Below are positions 24,799-38,919 of a DNA stretch of 64,000 bases, piece by piece. The notes under the pieces are model-generated. The model worked only from the letters and a program-made list of their open reading frames with translations, did not search any database and was not told where the DNA came from. The position numbers were made by a program, and so were the translations under genes. The stretch's first letter is position 1; each line of letters begins with the position of its first letter. Origin of the DNA: Gracilinanus agilis (Eukaryota). The DNA lies in NCBI RefSeq assembly GCF_016433145.1, contig NC_058132.1:89811472-89875471 (forward strand). The letters are read 5' to 3'.

Positions 24799-24803
<5 letters not shown>
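24628..24803 (+). mobile_element. Older CORE-SINE with internal deletion
   Basis: ggggctagttaggtggctcagg..ccaggcctagagacagg..ggaaggaaagggttt, followed by (TA)n. Confidence 0.8.

Positions 24804-24846
<43 letters not shown>
24804..24846. repeat. (TA)n microsatellite at a SINE tail
   Basis: Direct reading. Confidence 0.97.
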
Positions 24847-24849
<3 letters not shown>

Positions 24850-25129
24850 TTAAATGTATTTTTTCATTATATACTTCATAATTACATTAAAAAAATTAAC
24901 ATTCATTTAAAAATAAGTTTTAGTTCCAAATTCTGTCAATTCTGTCTCTCTTACCTCTCCCCTACCCCTTGGGAAAGCAAGAAGTACCATATTCATTATC
25001 AATGTGAAGTTATGCAAAACATGTTTCCATATTAGCAAATTGTAAAGGAACATACACACAAAAGAATAATACAGACAATGAAAAAATATGCCACAATCTG
25101 TACTCGGTGTTAATAACGATATTATATTT

Positions 25130-25415
25130 TAGCCATGAATGGACCTGATGAAATCTGAATGCAGATTAAAGCACACCATTCTTCACTTTTTTTTCCCTCC
25201 ATGAATTTTTGTCTAGTGTAAGTAGTATGTGTCTTTTATTCATAACATGATGAACATGGAAGTATATATTGTTTGTATCATACTGTCTATCATCTTGGAG
25301 AGGTGGGAAGGGTGGGAGGGAAAGAGAGAACATGGATAAAAATGTCAGAAAACAGCTACTAAAAATTGGACCAACATTCAATCTAGAAAAATTAAAATTT
25401 AATAAAATATTTTAA
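25130..25415 (+). mobile_element. Old L1 3' end
   Basis: gatgaaatctgaatgcaga..gggaagggtgggaggga..aatttaataaaat resembles a marsupial L1 3' terminus. Confidence 0.6.
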
Positions 25416-26462
25416 AGGGATATTATAACTCCAACCACTCCTTTTACATCTTCTTTAATATGGCCATCAACCAATTAGCCTCTGCCTGAATACATGTCCA
25501 GAGAAATAAGGCTGTCTCCTAAGTCGACCCAATGTATTTTTTAAATAACTCAATTCTTTGAAGGTCATAATCAAACTTCCTTTAACTTATATTGATTACC
25601 CTTGTGTTGGCTTTTTCAGTTTTACAGAACTATCACCTATTCCACATGATAGTCCTTCAAATATTTCAAGATAGTAATAAGATCTTTCCTAAGTCTTTTC
25701 TACTGCAGGCTAAAAATATTTGTATTATTTCTTCCATTTCTCATACCTAGTTTCTTATTTTTTTTTGTATCTTTATTTCTCAGGTAATAAAACAAAATAA
25801 CTATCTCATATGCAAAATTTGTCATTACAGAGGCATGAAACTATACTCAAATGTCAAGTGTCAATAAACAATTTATAGTTCTGTCTGAAATCTTATTTTG
25901 AAATGTTAGGAGTTTCAATTCTCTTTCAGATTTCCATGCTTTAAACACAATAGTAGATTAAAACAGGTCTATGGCTGACCTCTCACTTATAGCTAATTAA
26001 ATCTCAGCCTGTCACTTGAGTCATTGCTCCATATTTATTAATTCCGAGCTTTATAGACATGAAGGAATATATTAGAAAATTTATTCCTTATTAATATATT
26101 TATCTCCTCATATTAAATTAATGCTTCCTAGCTAAGAATTAGAAAACACATCTTCTCTAATAGTAATTATTCTTATTTATATATTAAAATATATTAAAAT
26201 AGTTATAAACAGAACCATTAACAAATGAGTACAATTATAAAAGTAAAGATATACATATACAAACATATGTATATCTTTATCATATTTTGCATAAGCCCAA
26301 TGTCATCACCAAAATTAGCTCAAACCTTCAGAATACCAGTTATTTATTCTTTACTTTTCTAGAATCTATCAAATTACTCCATTACAGATCAATGATTAAA
26401 GTCCATTAAGCATTTGAAAATATTTCTCCTCAGGATCATACCTTCTCCTTTGCCTTCTTTTT

Positions 26463-26650
26463 TTTTTTTTTTTAAACCCTTGTACTTCGGTGTATTGTCT
26501 CATAGGTGGAAGATTGGTAAGGGTGGGCAATGGGGGTCAAGTGACTTGCCCAGGGTCACACAGCTGGGAAGTGGCTGAGGCCGGGTTTGAACCTAGGACC
26601 TCCTGTCTCTAGGCCTGACTCTCACTCCACTGAGCTACCCAGCTGCCCCC
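26463..26650 (-). mobile_element. Young tRNA-derived CORE-SINE
   Basis: Antisense copy with polyT and TSD tgccttcttttt (26451-26462; 26651-26662). Confidence 0.94.
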
Positions 26651-28079
26651 TGCCTTCTTTTTAATAAACATAAATTGGTTTTTCTAGAAATACACTATAC
26701 TGCTAGCCAGTCACAGAGCCTTCATAATTCTTTATATTGTCTTTATATAATTTTCTGTTAAAACACCACTGATAATAATTTTCAGAAGAAAATTCCTTCA
26801 TTACCTTTTGCTTCCATTACAAAAGTTTGATTTTAATTTTTCATAACAAATTTAATTAATACTAATTATTAAAATTAAAAATATTTAATTATCTCAAAAA
26901 ATAACATTTTCACATATAAATTAGAATAGTGAAGATGAATTGTATATTAAAAGTGAAACTTTATCCCATATGTTACTTTCAAAGCTATCCTGCTTGTATG
27001 TGTTTCCATGTGAACCTTTTGTTCCTTTATGTGCATTAAAAAATGCTTAACTAGACTCTTTTCTTTCTTTCCTTTTTTTAAATTTTTTTTTGACAGCTGT
27101 ATTGGTAGTTTCACTCTCTTATCCAGAGGACAGAAAACAGAGAAATTGAAATGATAGATAATTGGAGGTATGTGGTGCACCTATGTGTTTTCCCCTTCAA
27201 TGATTGAAGACTGAGCCACCCAGACTATTCCACTGGAAGACTTCATTTCTTGTACTGACTTGTTTAGAGAGCACAAAAGCAATAGCACCAAGCATTAGGG
27301 AGAACCTTAGAGTCTGCAAGAGAGGCTAAAGTTTCATTCTCTTTGATGTAGTGGTGGGGAATAGAAGCAGGATTAGTACCTAAGCACTGAACACCATAAA
27401 TACATTTCTTTGAACTTATGTTTGTTGTTACTTTCAGTGGCCTCCCTCCCTTCCTCCTCACGCATACCTGGCCCTGCTGAATCTATATGTTGAATTCTGT
27501 TACCTGAGTTCTTGAGTTTCTTTGAAATTGCTCACAAACCAAAAAGTAGTTTTCTTTGCTTAGTCTGAGAGGAGCTGCAAGTATCCAGGGTATGAGGTGT
27601 TTGCTTAATGTATTTTGCTTTATTATTCTTTCTTTGAAAATCAAGAATAAAAAACGGCATGCAATCATTCTAAGCTTATGATCGATTTCTATAAAAGCAC
27701 AGCAATGAAGAAATGAGGATGAGTGTGTTTGCTTCTCTCTTTTTCCTTTTGTTTATTTTGGAGTGGAGAGGAGAGAAGTGGCTGGCTGTGTGTGAGGAGG
27801 AAGGAATATGCTGAATCAGAATTCTAATTGAATAAATTTAAACATACTGTGCATTTACAATGAGAGAAAGTCAATGTCATTCACGAAAGATACCAGACCA
27901 GAGCAAAAAATCCAGCTTTATGAAAGCTATAGAAGTTTTACTATTCAGTCAGGCACACTTTAGTGTTAGGTGGAGTAATAAAAAATGAGGTTACTGTGCA
28001 CTTAATTTTTTTTAATAGGATTAGCTGATTATACACTAGTGCTCCCTAGTGGTTATGGAACTTTCATTCTGTCATCAAC

Positions 28080-28385
28080 TCAGTCAACTAGGATTTATTA
28101 AGTACCTACTGTATGCCTGGCACATTGCACTGGGCTAAGTGCTAGGGATACCAGGAAAGAAGTGGAAAAAGAAAAAGACTCATCTAAAGAGGTTCACAGT
28201 CTAATGGGTGAGATGACATGCAAACAATTATGTATAAACAAGATAAAAATAAAATAATGAAACTGGGATACAGTCTTAAAGAGAAGAATAAAGAGATTAA
28301 TCTAAAATTATTTTCAATTAAGGTAAAGAGCTTCTTGGAAGTCTTTGTAGAGGCTGTAAAATTGCCTGAGACTTGAAGGAAATCA
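28080..28385 (-). mobile_element. L2 3' fragment
   Basis: atttattaagtacctactgtatgcctggcac..gctagggatac. Confidence 0.78.
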
Positions 28386-29094
28386 GAGATTGCAAATAGT
28401 AAGTGCTAAAATTTTTTTTATTATTATTCTATTTAATCTTATTAATTTTTGTCCATGCTTTACAGCTACTTTGAACTTTTCTATTTTCAACTGATCCAAG
28501 CATAGCATTTTTAAATGTCTAGAATTTACTTTTCAATTTACTTTGTCTTTTTAAAAATGTTGTAGAGGGGTACAGATGAGGATATTTTCCTATATTTGAT
28601 CTTTTGCCATCTTATCATTTTTATAAATTGCTAAAAGAAAAAAAAACTTGCTAAAATGGTTATGTGATCACACTGGAGAGTTATTTCAATATCCTGAATT
28701 TCAATTCATTTGTATCTAAAAACATTAATAAATGTAGTAGATTTAGAGCTAAAAAGAACATCTGACTCTGTTCAATAGAATACCTATTGATGAACTACAT
28801 TTTATAAATGAGGAATCTAAGGCCTAGAAATGAAATAGTATATAGGAGAGCTAGAATTTGAACCCAGTTCATCTAAGTCTTAAGTTAGAATTCTTTTTAT
28901 TACACCAGTCTCATATTTAGAACAGGAGTTGACACAAATCAACTTCAGAAACATGATTTATTCACGTCATATGTGCAAGATAATGCTAAGCATGTAGGTT
29001 ACAAAAACTAAACGACAAACACCACCTACCCTCCCAGAGCTTACTTCTTTTTTTTTTTTAACATTTTAGTTAAATTCGAAAGTTCTATTATTTT

Positions 29095-29297
29095 TCAGTC
29101 ATGTCCAACTGTTCATGAACATATTTGAAATTTTCTTGGCAAAGATACTAGAGTTGTTTACCATTTTACAGATGAAGAGACTAAGGCAAATAGGGTTAAA
29201 TGACTTGCCCAAGGTTATACAATTAGAAAGGATCTGAAACCAGATTTGTACTTGGGAAGATGAGGCTTCCTGATTCACGCACTCCATGGGATGCCCC
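29095..29297 (-). mobile_element. MAR1-type SINE
   Basis: RTE-like tail ttttcttggcaaagatactagag plus core tgacttgcccaagg. Confidence 0.75.
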
Positions 29298-29752
29298 ACA
29301 AAAAAAATGCTAACCAATAAAAAAAATGGACTGCTTTTTAGAATGTTTTTCTTAAGTATCTTTCTTGCCTTTTTGCCCAGAAAAAATACCAATTAATATA
29401 TTTTTTAATGTATGAGAGGATTAGGCTGGATAATACATCAGATCTGTTAAAAGTAGTATTCTAGAAATTGTCGCACATTTTTGATTTAACAGTTTTCATT
29501 TAAATATTTATGTATGTGTATATATGAAATCAAGTGAGAAAAGAGTACTAGTCAGATAATCAGTTACTCATGTTTATAGAATATTGTATCATAAAGTCTA
29601 GGCACATCTACCTGTTAACATTTTACCTAAATCCTAGACTTAGAAAAGAATTCCATGTATTAAAAAAATAAGCATTATAAAAAGTACATCCTCCTAATGA
29701 TATACTTGATTGATACAATTTGTGAGAGGTATAAATAATATATCAGCCACTA

Positions 29753-29984
29753 ATGTTGTTCAGTACTTCCTATTCCTTATGACCCTTTGCACTATATTGT
29801 CCATGGAGTTTTCTTGGCAAAGATAGAGGAGTGGTAAGCCATTTCCTTCTTAGTGGATTTAGGTAAACAGTTTCAGTGACTTGCCCAGAGTCATAAAACT
29901 AGAAAGTATCTAAAGCCCATTTTGAACTCAAGTGTTCCTGACTTTAAACCCATCACTCTATCTACTGTGTCATTTAGCTGCCTC
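29753..29984 (-). mobile_element. MAR1-type SINE
   Basis: gtccatggagttttcttggcaaagata..gtgacttgcccagagtca..tttagctgcctc. Confidence 0.8.
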
Positions 29985-32289
29985 CATCAGCTAATTCTTT
30001 CTTTTTATAACCTCATATTTCCTTTGCAGATATTTAAATATGCTCATGTTTTCTACTCTGAAGAATATAGGTCCCATTATGTCAAAGACTGTTTTGTTTT
30101 TAATTTTTATACCTTTAGAATCTAGCACAGAGCTTGTTATAGAATGGGTGCTTAAAACATCCTTGCTAATAAATGGATAGTTATTTATGTATATAAACAG
30201 TTCATCTTGAAAGTCTGAGTATAGTTTTAATCTTTAATAATTTCAGAAATAGAAATGCTACAAATGGTAAAATTCAACTTGAAATTTTGATCACTTACAC
30301 TTTTTTACACATTTATTTTGTCAGTTTTGAATAACATATTTTAAATTTTTAATTTTTGCCATTGTGGAGCAATCTGTCAATATTTGACACTTTCTGGAAG
30401 ACATTTTCTCAGACTAGTGGTTCAGTAAAGAAAGCTTCTCAAGAAAACCAGAAAGTGTGATAAAATGCAGGAAGCACTTCCATGTTAACAAATTCATTCT
30501 ATCCTATTTCACAAACATTAATTAAGTGCTTTTGTTATGCATTGTGCAAGAAACCAGGAGAAATAAAAATGTGAATAGATATCTCTTCTTATGAATCTTA
30601 GATCTAATAGTACAGAAAATATCTTATTTTAAAAGTCAATGCAGTATCAAACTTTAATAACTTCAGAAGTATGAAGTATAAGTACTGCAAACTTACAGAA
30701 AGCAACATTTGGAAAATTACTTAAAATTTTAAAACATTGATATCTTATTAATATATAACATATAACATAAACATTTTTTGTGCCATGTTTCTGTAGTTGA
30801 TTTTTGACTTTTATAAAAAAAAATCAGCAACTGCTGATCAGTGACTGAAAGGATTGCATTTTTCATCTTAGTTTTAAGATCATCCAAAGAACATTGATGT
30901 AGAGTTGAAAGTTTTAAAACAGCTCTGCCATTTGGAAGCTGATCCTTTGACAGAAGTGGTCAATCAAAGGGATTTTGCCCAACCACTAGTCTATTCCTCA
31001 CAGCCTTTTGCACCAGATACAAATGGAAATAGAAAAAAAAACATGAAAAAACATATCAATCCTTATTCCCTTCCCCTCTGCCTTGATTCATGCATACCAC
31101 CTGTCAAGGAGAGTCAGATACATTAGACATAAGCCCCTGCTTTGATGACTTGCCACCATTACTCAATTAGTTAGCAAGAATTTACCAAATATCATATGCC
31201 AGGACCTGTGCTAAATGCTGGAAATACAAAGAAAGGCAAACACTCATTCATAAGCACACATACACACACATGCATGCCCTCATGAAACTTACTGAACTAA
31301 TGGGAAAGAAAACATATAAAAATTTGTACATATGAGGAGCAAAAAAAAAAAAAGTAGAAAAAAGATCAATCCTAGGGAGAAGGCTTAAGTGGCTCAGATA
31401 CCCAGAAAGGTCTCCTGTGGAAAGTCACAAATCAGGAAAGTCAAAAGGTAGAGGAGAAGGGGAAGATCATTCCTCCCCAAATATATAGGTACAGGATTTC
31501 TACCTTCCCAATACCTGGATCACATGCCCTTGGTGGACACAGGAGAGGAAGAGGAATATGGCAATCACAACCAAACTAATAACCTCCCACTAACAACAAA
31601 TTTAGCTTCAATGACCAAACTACTGAACTAATCTCTAGACTTCCATTCTCTTCCCTTCATTCTGTCTTTCTTCTGACTTCCTTGTCCTCTTTTTTTGTCT
31701 TCATACCAGCTTTCTCTCCCTAGTTTTGGGGTCAGAAGATCTAGATTAAAATTCTATCTATACAATTTACAGGTATCTTTGTTACTGGTGTGATCTTGGG
31801 CAAATAGACTTGATCCGAAGATGAGAATGCTGGTTCAATGACAGGGTTCAAATCTTGACTCTATCACTTTACTAGTTCATCCTACACAAGTAAAGTATCC
31901 TCACTTGTCTTCAGTTTCCTCAACTTTAAAACAAAGAGAAGGGAATTGATGACTTCTCCTTTCCCCCTTCTGACTAAATTTTTAAATCTCAAGTTCTATT
32001 GTGGTATGATTCATTTCACCTCTTTGAGTTTCAAATGATCATTTGTAGTGAGTCTACTGGCTTAAATGACCTCTAGGGTTTCTGATAGGTCTAAATCAAT
32101 GTTTCTTATCTTTTTTCTCTGTTAATCTACTCTAGTCTTCCTCCATTATCATGTTCTTCCTCCCTTCTTTTCTTCTAGTCTAGCATTCCTTTGTTTCTCC
32201 CTTTTAAATGGCCTCTCCTCCCTTATCATCCCTTCCCTTTATTATATATATATATATATATATACACATAGATATATACTTCATCAGAC

Positions 32290-32700
32290 TCACAAGAAAG
32301 GGAGCAGCTCTTTCTCCACTGGACTCCAGGACACAGAGGGGAGAAGGAAATTTCTTGGCTGAAGAGTTTATATGGATTTAAGGAGAGTTACCCAGGCAGT
32401 AGGAATGATGAAGCCTAGCTGGGAGGAGTGTTAAGGGGCCTATTTATACATTCCCCTCCCTGCCAACCTTGAGAATCATTCCTGTAGCATCCCAGTCTTG
32501 ATGAGGCCCATAGATCAGGTTCTTTAAGTCAGACTTTAAAGCCCTGGAGGCTGGTTTTGATGTGTGTTGACAATGTCTAGGCTGGCTCCTGCCAGGGGTT
32601 CCTCTGTCTCTGTAATAAGATTATGAAGATTTAAGACGCCTCAGGCACCTTCCACAAGAAACAGGAATCATCAACCATGCATCAGCAGGAATGGGTCAGT
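32290..32700 (-). mobile_element. Possible old solo LTR or TATA promoter module
   Basis: Minus-strand TATAAATA (32441-32448) followed by atataaactcttca (32360-32373). The same two motifs in the same order occur in the LTR at 60355-61192. Ends and TSD not found. Confidence 0.4.
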
Positions 32701-33557
32701 CTTGGTGATTCTTCTGTGTTCCTTTTGCTTTTCAAAAGTCCAATTTCTTTGCCTTTTCTCTGAATCATGTCATTCTTAACTTTACATCTATTTTATAGAA
32801 ACTTCCTTCAATTTGAAGGCCATTTTCCAAACTACCTGCCTTCCTAAGCACCTTCCCCCTCCTAACAATGTCTGTTGGTAATTTATAAGTGAAGTATAAC
32901 AATGAGTTTTGTTTAATTCCAAGTATGTGTTCTATTCTTTGCTATTAATCATCCCCTATTTATTTGTGAAAGGTAGCTCTATTTACTAATGACATACCTC
33001 AGTAAGGGCCAACTATGGATACAATCATTTCTGTAACCTCTCCTTAGTTACAACTCTCCTGCCTGAAAATTATGGTCATCTACTTGTCTGATAGAGGAGT
33101 TTCAATACTAATCCTAAGAGAGTCAGTATTCTGAGGATGAGAACAGATCAGGAAATCCTGGTATTGTGGGAAGAGATATCCTGGTTCAACTGAGCTTCTT
33201 GTCAAATGGACCACTCATACATGTACTCATTTACTCATGGGAAAAATACATTTGGAATATACACGTATAAAATACATATATAGAAGTACGTGAATAAGAA
33301 GAAATATAATTCTATGTGTGTAGAGCTATTTATCCAAATATTTAGAAGAGTTAACCTGGGACAATGTCCTATGAAATATGTAATGTTCAGATTTGAAAGA
33401 CAGATGTGATATAGTTTATTGCTACACACTTGAGAAACATTCCTCTTTTCCTTTCCCAAATCCCTTCTGACAACATTTTTCAAGGGTGCAGATCTTTAGT
33501 AAAATTCCTTCTCCAAACTCTGAGATTGTAGCATCAAGAACTTGAGTTATGAAGCCT

Positions 33558-34502
33558 TCAGGAACCAGCTCTTGACAACATACGGACAATTCTCTTTCGG
33601 ATATCTCTGGTTCTGATGCTATAGACAATAGGATTGAGTACAGGAGGCAGCAGCAGATAGACATTTGCCATGAATGTATGCACAATGGGTGACAGATGTT
33701 TCCCAAAGCGATGAATAAGTGTCATGCCAATGAGAGGTATATAGAACAACAACACGGCACAGACATGGGAGAAGCAGGTATTGAGTACTTTGAATTGTTC
33801 TTCTCGGGATGCAATACCCAAAACTGCATGGAGAATGAGGACATAAGAGAACAGAAGAACCAGAGCATCCAGCACAATGATGAAGATAACAGCCAGTAGA
33901 CCATAGAGACTATTGATGCGAGTGTCGGCACAGGCGAGTCTCATGGCATCCTGGTGGAGACAGTACGCATGGGAGAGAACATTAGAGTGGCAGAAGGGCA
34001 ACCTTTTGATGAGAAAGGGAACAGGGAGCACAGCAGCCACACTCCTAAACATAATCACGGCTCCAATCTTGCTTATGACACTGTGTGTAAGGATGCTGGC
34101 ATAGTGCAGAGGGAAGCGGATAGCTACGAAGCGGTCAAAGGCCATGGCCACCAGAACTCCTGACTCTACTCCTCCAAAAGTGTGGATAAAAAACATCTGG
34201 GTGAGGCAAGCGTCAAAGGCCACTGAGTATTGGCCAAACCAGTGAACTCTGAGCATAGTTGGTAATGAGGATAAGGACAGGCTAAGGTCAGTGGCAGCCA
34301 ACATGGCCAGAAAATAATACATGGGCTCATGGAGGCTCTGTTCGAGTCTGATGACCATAAGGATAGTGATATTGCCCAACAAAGTGACACTGTAGAGGAG
34401 GAAAAGTGGCAGGGCCATCCAGTAATCCTTCTCAGGCATTCCAGGGATCCCAGTCAGAGTGAAAGTCTGATGACTGAATCTTGTATAGTTAAGAACTGAC
34501 AT
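33558..34502 (-). CDS. Class I olfactory receptor, OR51H subfamily, intact 314 aa (ATG in GCCATG at 34502; the 24-aa extension in the track crosses a splice acceptor)
   Basis: NYT, TGIPGMPEKDYW, LHEPMYYFL, VESGVLVAMAFDRFVAIR, LPFCHSNVLSHAYCLHQD, HLSPIVH, PPVLNPIVY resemble OR51H. I cannot resolve H1 versus H2 orthology. Confidence 0.9.
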   Translation of the reverse strand: MSVLNYTRFSHQTFTLTGIPGMPEKDYWMALPLFLLYSVTLLGNITILMVIRLEQSLHEPMYYFLAMLAATDLSLSLSSLPTMLRVHWFGQYSVAFDACLTQMFFIHTFGGVESGVLVAMAFDRFVAIRFPLHYASILTHSVISKIGAVIMFRSVAAVLPVPFLIKRLPFCHSNVLSHAYCLHQDAMRLACADTRINSLYGLLAVIFIIVLDALVLLFSYVLILHAVLGIASREEQFKVLNTCFSHVCAVLLFYIPLIGMTLIHRFGKHLSPIVHTFMANVYLLLPPVLNPIVYSIRTRDIRKRIVRMLSRAGS

Positions 34503-34521
34503 GGCTGACTGAAGATAGCTT

Positions 34522-34550
34522 CTGGAGAGAAAGCATAAGAGATACAAAGA
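34522..34550 (-). promoter_or_regulatory. Splice acceptor 19 nt before the OR51H-like ATG
   Basis: tatctcttatgctttctctccAG|AAGC, exon start 34521. Confidence 0.75.
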
Positions 34551-35239
34551 ATCCAAAATGCAATCAGCATTCAAAAAAGCATAAAATTATATGAAAAATA
34601 CTATGCAAAGGCACTAAGAGAGATTTTTAAAAAATAGTTAAGACATTAATCTCTGCTCACAGAACTGTGAGACTTGCACTGGAATAATGTACCAATCAAA
34701 ATATCTAGAAATCATGATATTACAAGACAGGTGTATTAGATATTTATCCTTAAATATTCTGTAAGATCTAAAGAAGAAAATTACCAGTCAAAATACTGGA
34801 GGAGGTGTCACTTGAGGTGTTTTCTAAAGTTGAGCTATCAAATGCTCATTTCTCAATACTTCTAAGCATTTTCTGAGTCAAAATGTAATTGAAAATTATT
34901 TGGCAAAATAAAAATACAATAAAATATAATCCATATTAATTTGTGGTTTTCCAACTTAATATGTGGCTACAAGAATCTTTATGTATGACTTAGTGGTTAC
35001 CTCATTTCTATTTGAGCTTGACATCATTGCTTTAAGCGATAACTTAATATGTAAAGATAGAGAGGACAGATATTTCAAGCATATGGAAGAACACTGGTCA
35101 GGTGTAAGTTCATTGTACATGTTCAGAGTATTGAGGAAAATCTAGTTTGCTTTGAGTACAGAGAGAATAAAATGAAAGGTTAGAGGGCACCACCGTGTAA
35201 AAGTCCTTAAATGTCAGGCCATGTATAGACTATTGTGAG

Positions 35240-35430
35240 GTCAGAAAGACTTGAATTCAAACCTAACCTCAGACATTAAATGGGTGATTTGGGGCCAGGC
35301 CACTTAACTTCTGCTTGCCTCACTTTCCTTATCTGTAAAATGGGATAACAATGGCATTTGACTTCCAGGATTGTTGTGAAGATCAAATGAGTTAATATTT
35401 GCAAAACACATTACAAACTTTACAGAGGTA
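35240..35430 (+). mobile_element. MIR
   Basis: cacttaacttctgcttgcctcactttccttatctgtaaaatgggataa..ggattgttgtgaagatcaaatgag. Confidence 0.8.
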
Positions 35431-35539
35431 TGGATGTGCTCTCTGCATCTATTAATACTAAATTTGTTGCTGCTGCTATTCTGGCTACTACTGCTGCTGC
35501 AATTACTTCTACTATTACTACTACTATTTGGAAGTTCAT

Positions 35540-36480
35540 AGGAAGCCACTAAAGATATTTGGACAGAAGAGTGACATGAACACATGGGTGAGAAAAGCAA
35601 TGGGAATGTAGGACTTAGACATGTAACTATCTTAGAGAAACCAGTATTCTCTGATTCAAATGCAGTTTTACTTTTATTATTTATACTTGTTTTGGCTGTG
35701 TCTTGAAGTATATATTAAAAAGATGAGAACTAATAGTAATAATTAGTAATAACTAATTAGTAATAAAGAGGTCTTGCTGGGTAATAAAGGATGTCTCTTC
35801 TATTCTGGTGGCAGTGACAAATGAGAGAAGGTTACAAGAAAAAAGAAACAGAGACAAAATCCAAAGGACCTGGTAAATGATTGGAATAGGAAAGTACAAA
35901 ATGTAATTTCAAGGTTACTGTGAGAGTTCTGGTCAATTTAAAGTCCTAGAAAAAATAATGAAGTCAGAAGAAGGAGCATTTTAAGGGAAAAGATAATGAT
36001 ATTGTTTGGGGACATATTTAAATAAGCATATGTAATCCAGGTGGAGATATTATAGCTATCATTCAAATTCAATGGAGATCAGGAACAGGAACAGGAAATT
36101 TGAGAGTCATTTGTTCACATTATGTTTGGTAGTTGAAGTTCTGGTAATTAGCAAGATTGACAAGAAAGTATAGAGAGAAATAGGAAGAGAAATCAAAGAC
36201 AGATGCCAGAGAAACAACCATATAACTAGACACCAAACAGTGCCATGGAAAAATAAGAGACTGAATGTTGAAAGAAATAGCAATAAAATTAAAAAATGTC
36301 ATGTTAATGAATCAGACAACATTTGATAGAAGTTCTTTGATCAATGGAATGATGTCAAAGGTAACAAAAAGAAGAAAGGTCACATTTAGTGATGAAGAGG
36401 TTATGGATGATTTGTGGAGCAACATTGATGGGAGCTCATTGGTGATCAGTGACCAACAGAGCACCTATCCTTTAGTCCCC
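35540..36480 (-). mobile_element. Fragmented L2
   Basis: ggaagccactaaagatatttggacagaagagtgacatg..tcattggtgatc. Confidence 0.65.
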
Positions 36481-38857
36481 CCAGCTTTAAACCAAAACAC
36501 AATTTAAGTCTTATCCTTAGAAATGCACTTGAAATCAATCTTAGCTCTGACACTTACTAGTTTTCTGACTTTGAGCAAGCCATTTAACTTTCCTGAACAT
36601 TGGTCCATTAGCCCGTTTCCTTTCTCTTGTTTTTCCTATGTAAAATGAAAGGCTAAAATGATAATGCTTTCTTAGGCCCATGTAGGCTATAAGATTTTAG
36701 AGAATGGGTTAGAAGGGAATTGCCCTTGGTTTCCAACCTTTTTCTGGAGACTTTTCTATCTTGTGAGCTAAAATAATTTTGAGTTTCTACCAAGACATTG
36801 CTTATATACCATCACTGACCCAAGAGAAAAGAAATGCTTCTTTACCCCCTTGTATTTCTTCCTGGTATCCTTTGATAGCTTGGCTCTCATATCTTTACCA
36901 ACATCATTAGATATTCTCTACCAACTGCTAATTTTCTGTAGATCCATTATGTCTAGGAAGACAGATTTTTGTCTCTCTGCCAAGATCCTTTAGAAAGAAC
37001 AGAAAAGAAAGGTCATCTTTAGGCGGACGCCTTGACCATCTTTACCATTCTATACTAAAGTATCAGTGTCACTAGTGATGGCATCAAATCATGGCTCTGC
37101 CCTGATGGAAGTTTAAGAGAGAGAGCCAGAAAAGGGCTGTCCAGAACAGAGGGAACCATTCCCATCACCACTGCTTTGGGTTATGTCTGGGATCTCAAGC
37201 ACACTATTTTAGATTGTGAAGTATCTATCATTCTCATCAGATAGGATGACTAGATGGAAACAGTATTATTTTATCACACATAACCCTTCTAGGGAAGTGA
37301 CTTCCTTTGCTCACTGAATATGTGATTGACTACTGAACTTGGTCAAAATAAGTGAGACATCCAGCATGTGGAGTGAGATGTACAGACACAGAACAATACT
37401 TCCCTACCACTCCCTTCAAAGTGGTTCTAAGAACAAAGGTTGTGCAGCCACAGGAAGGAACGTGTCTAGTCATTACCCATGTGAGCAAGTCTTAATCATA
37501 TCTTTCCTCCCTATACTGCTAAACCAATTTTGTCCAAAGTCATGAGAGTGGTTGATGATACTAATTAACTCTGACCTTTTCTTAAATACTTGGGTTATTG
37601 ATAGTTTCTTCTGGTAGAAATAGTGGCTCTCTCATAAAATAATCTCATAAGATGCCACCTCATTTATGGTTCATCTGGGTTCCCCAAAGCCTGAACATTA
37701 AATGGGCTTCAGTCTCTCATGCCTCAATAAAGGCATCATCTATAGCCTCTTCCCAGTCTACATTCCAAAACTGTTATGTTGATCTTAACAGAGATGTTTG
37801 GGAAGCTGAAGAGATGGCCTGCCATTTTCCATGTTGCAATAGCATGTTATTGTGCCCACAAACAAAAATATTGGCATTTCATTTTAGATAGGTTTGCAGT
37901 GGGGTGGGGGAATTGCTGCTATTGAGTGAATCAGACTAGAAAGAATTTCAAAGATCATTCAATCCAAAATTTTTATCTTACAACTGAGAAAATTTAGATG
38001 ACAAGTGGTAAGGTGGAAATGGGCACAACATGCTAGCTCTGGTTCCCTGTATTTCCTTAGCCAGTGTATTTTTCTGAAGATCTGGATCCCCAGTCCCAGC
38101 TCCAGTCTGCTCCCCTAGTAAAACATTAAACTCAGATTCTAGGCCATCTTCCTACTCACCTCAAGGCTGGCTCTGAACAGGAAGAGAAGTAGATACTTCT
38201 TGGTGATGACAGCTATGCTCTGCCTTTAAGAAAGATTTAGCCCTGCCTCTCTAACTCCCTTTGACCACTTACAAGGCCCTTCAAGGACCCAGCAAATAAT
38301 GAGGAATATCCTCCAGGGATAAACACAAGCACCTGCTGGAAACAATTTTAACCTCCTTGCTGCCAGGACTCAGAGAGTCTTGTGTGTGTTGATCTGGCAC
38401 CTATGTCTTCATAACACAAAATATTAGTTCATTTAGGTGTACAGCGGAAAGACATCCCATTATTAACTATTCTCAAATGGGGTCATATGGAAGTGTTTAT
38501 GTTACATTAGAAAGAGAAATGGGCAATAAATCAGCAAACCTAGATTCTAGATTTGGATCTTCTACTTATTTATTACTGAGCAAGGAGAAGTCACTTAACT
38601 TATCTTGCCTTGTTAATTTTTCTCAGTATGTGTTTGTGTCTGTGTCTCTTTCTGTCTCTGTTTCTCTCCTTCCCTCATTCCATCCCAAATTCATCTTCTG
38701 TATTTCTGTTATAGATTAATAGGGGGAGGAAATTAAACATGTGGAGACCTTTCTGTATTCAAATGACAAGCCTTTAAAAAAAGTACTTATGATATATTTC
38801 ACTCCTCTAGAATCTAAACACAGAGACCACTCCAAATCTGTGCATCTGAGTTCCTCT

Positions 38858-38861
<4 letters not shown>

Positions 38862-38915
<54 letters not shown>
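38862..38915. repeat. (CT)n microsatellite
   Basis: Direct reading. Confidence 0.97.

Positions 38916-38919
<4 letters not shown>

Noticed and set aside
34503-34574. 24-aa N-terminal extension of the OR51H-like ORF (and 6 aa for OR51T1-like)
   Set aside because: Non-ATG starts that run through a polypyrimidine tract and acceptor, so they are intronic or UTR.
37070-37110. Minus-strand gccatgatttgatgccatc, reminiscent of OR AMAFDR..AI
   Set aside because: No other OR motif at the expected spacing; likely chance.
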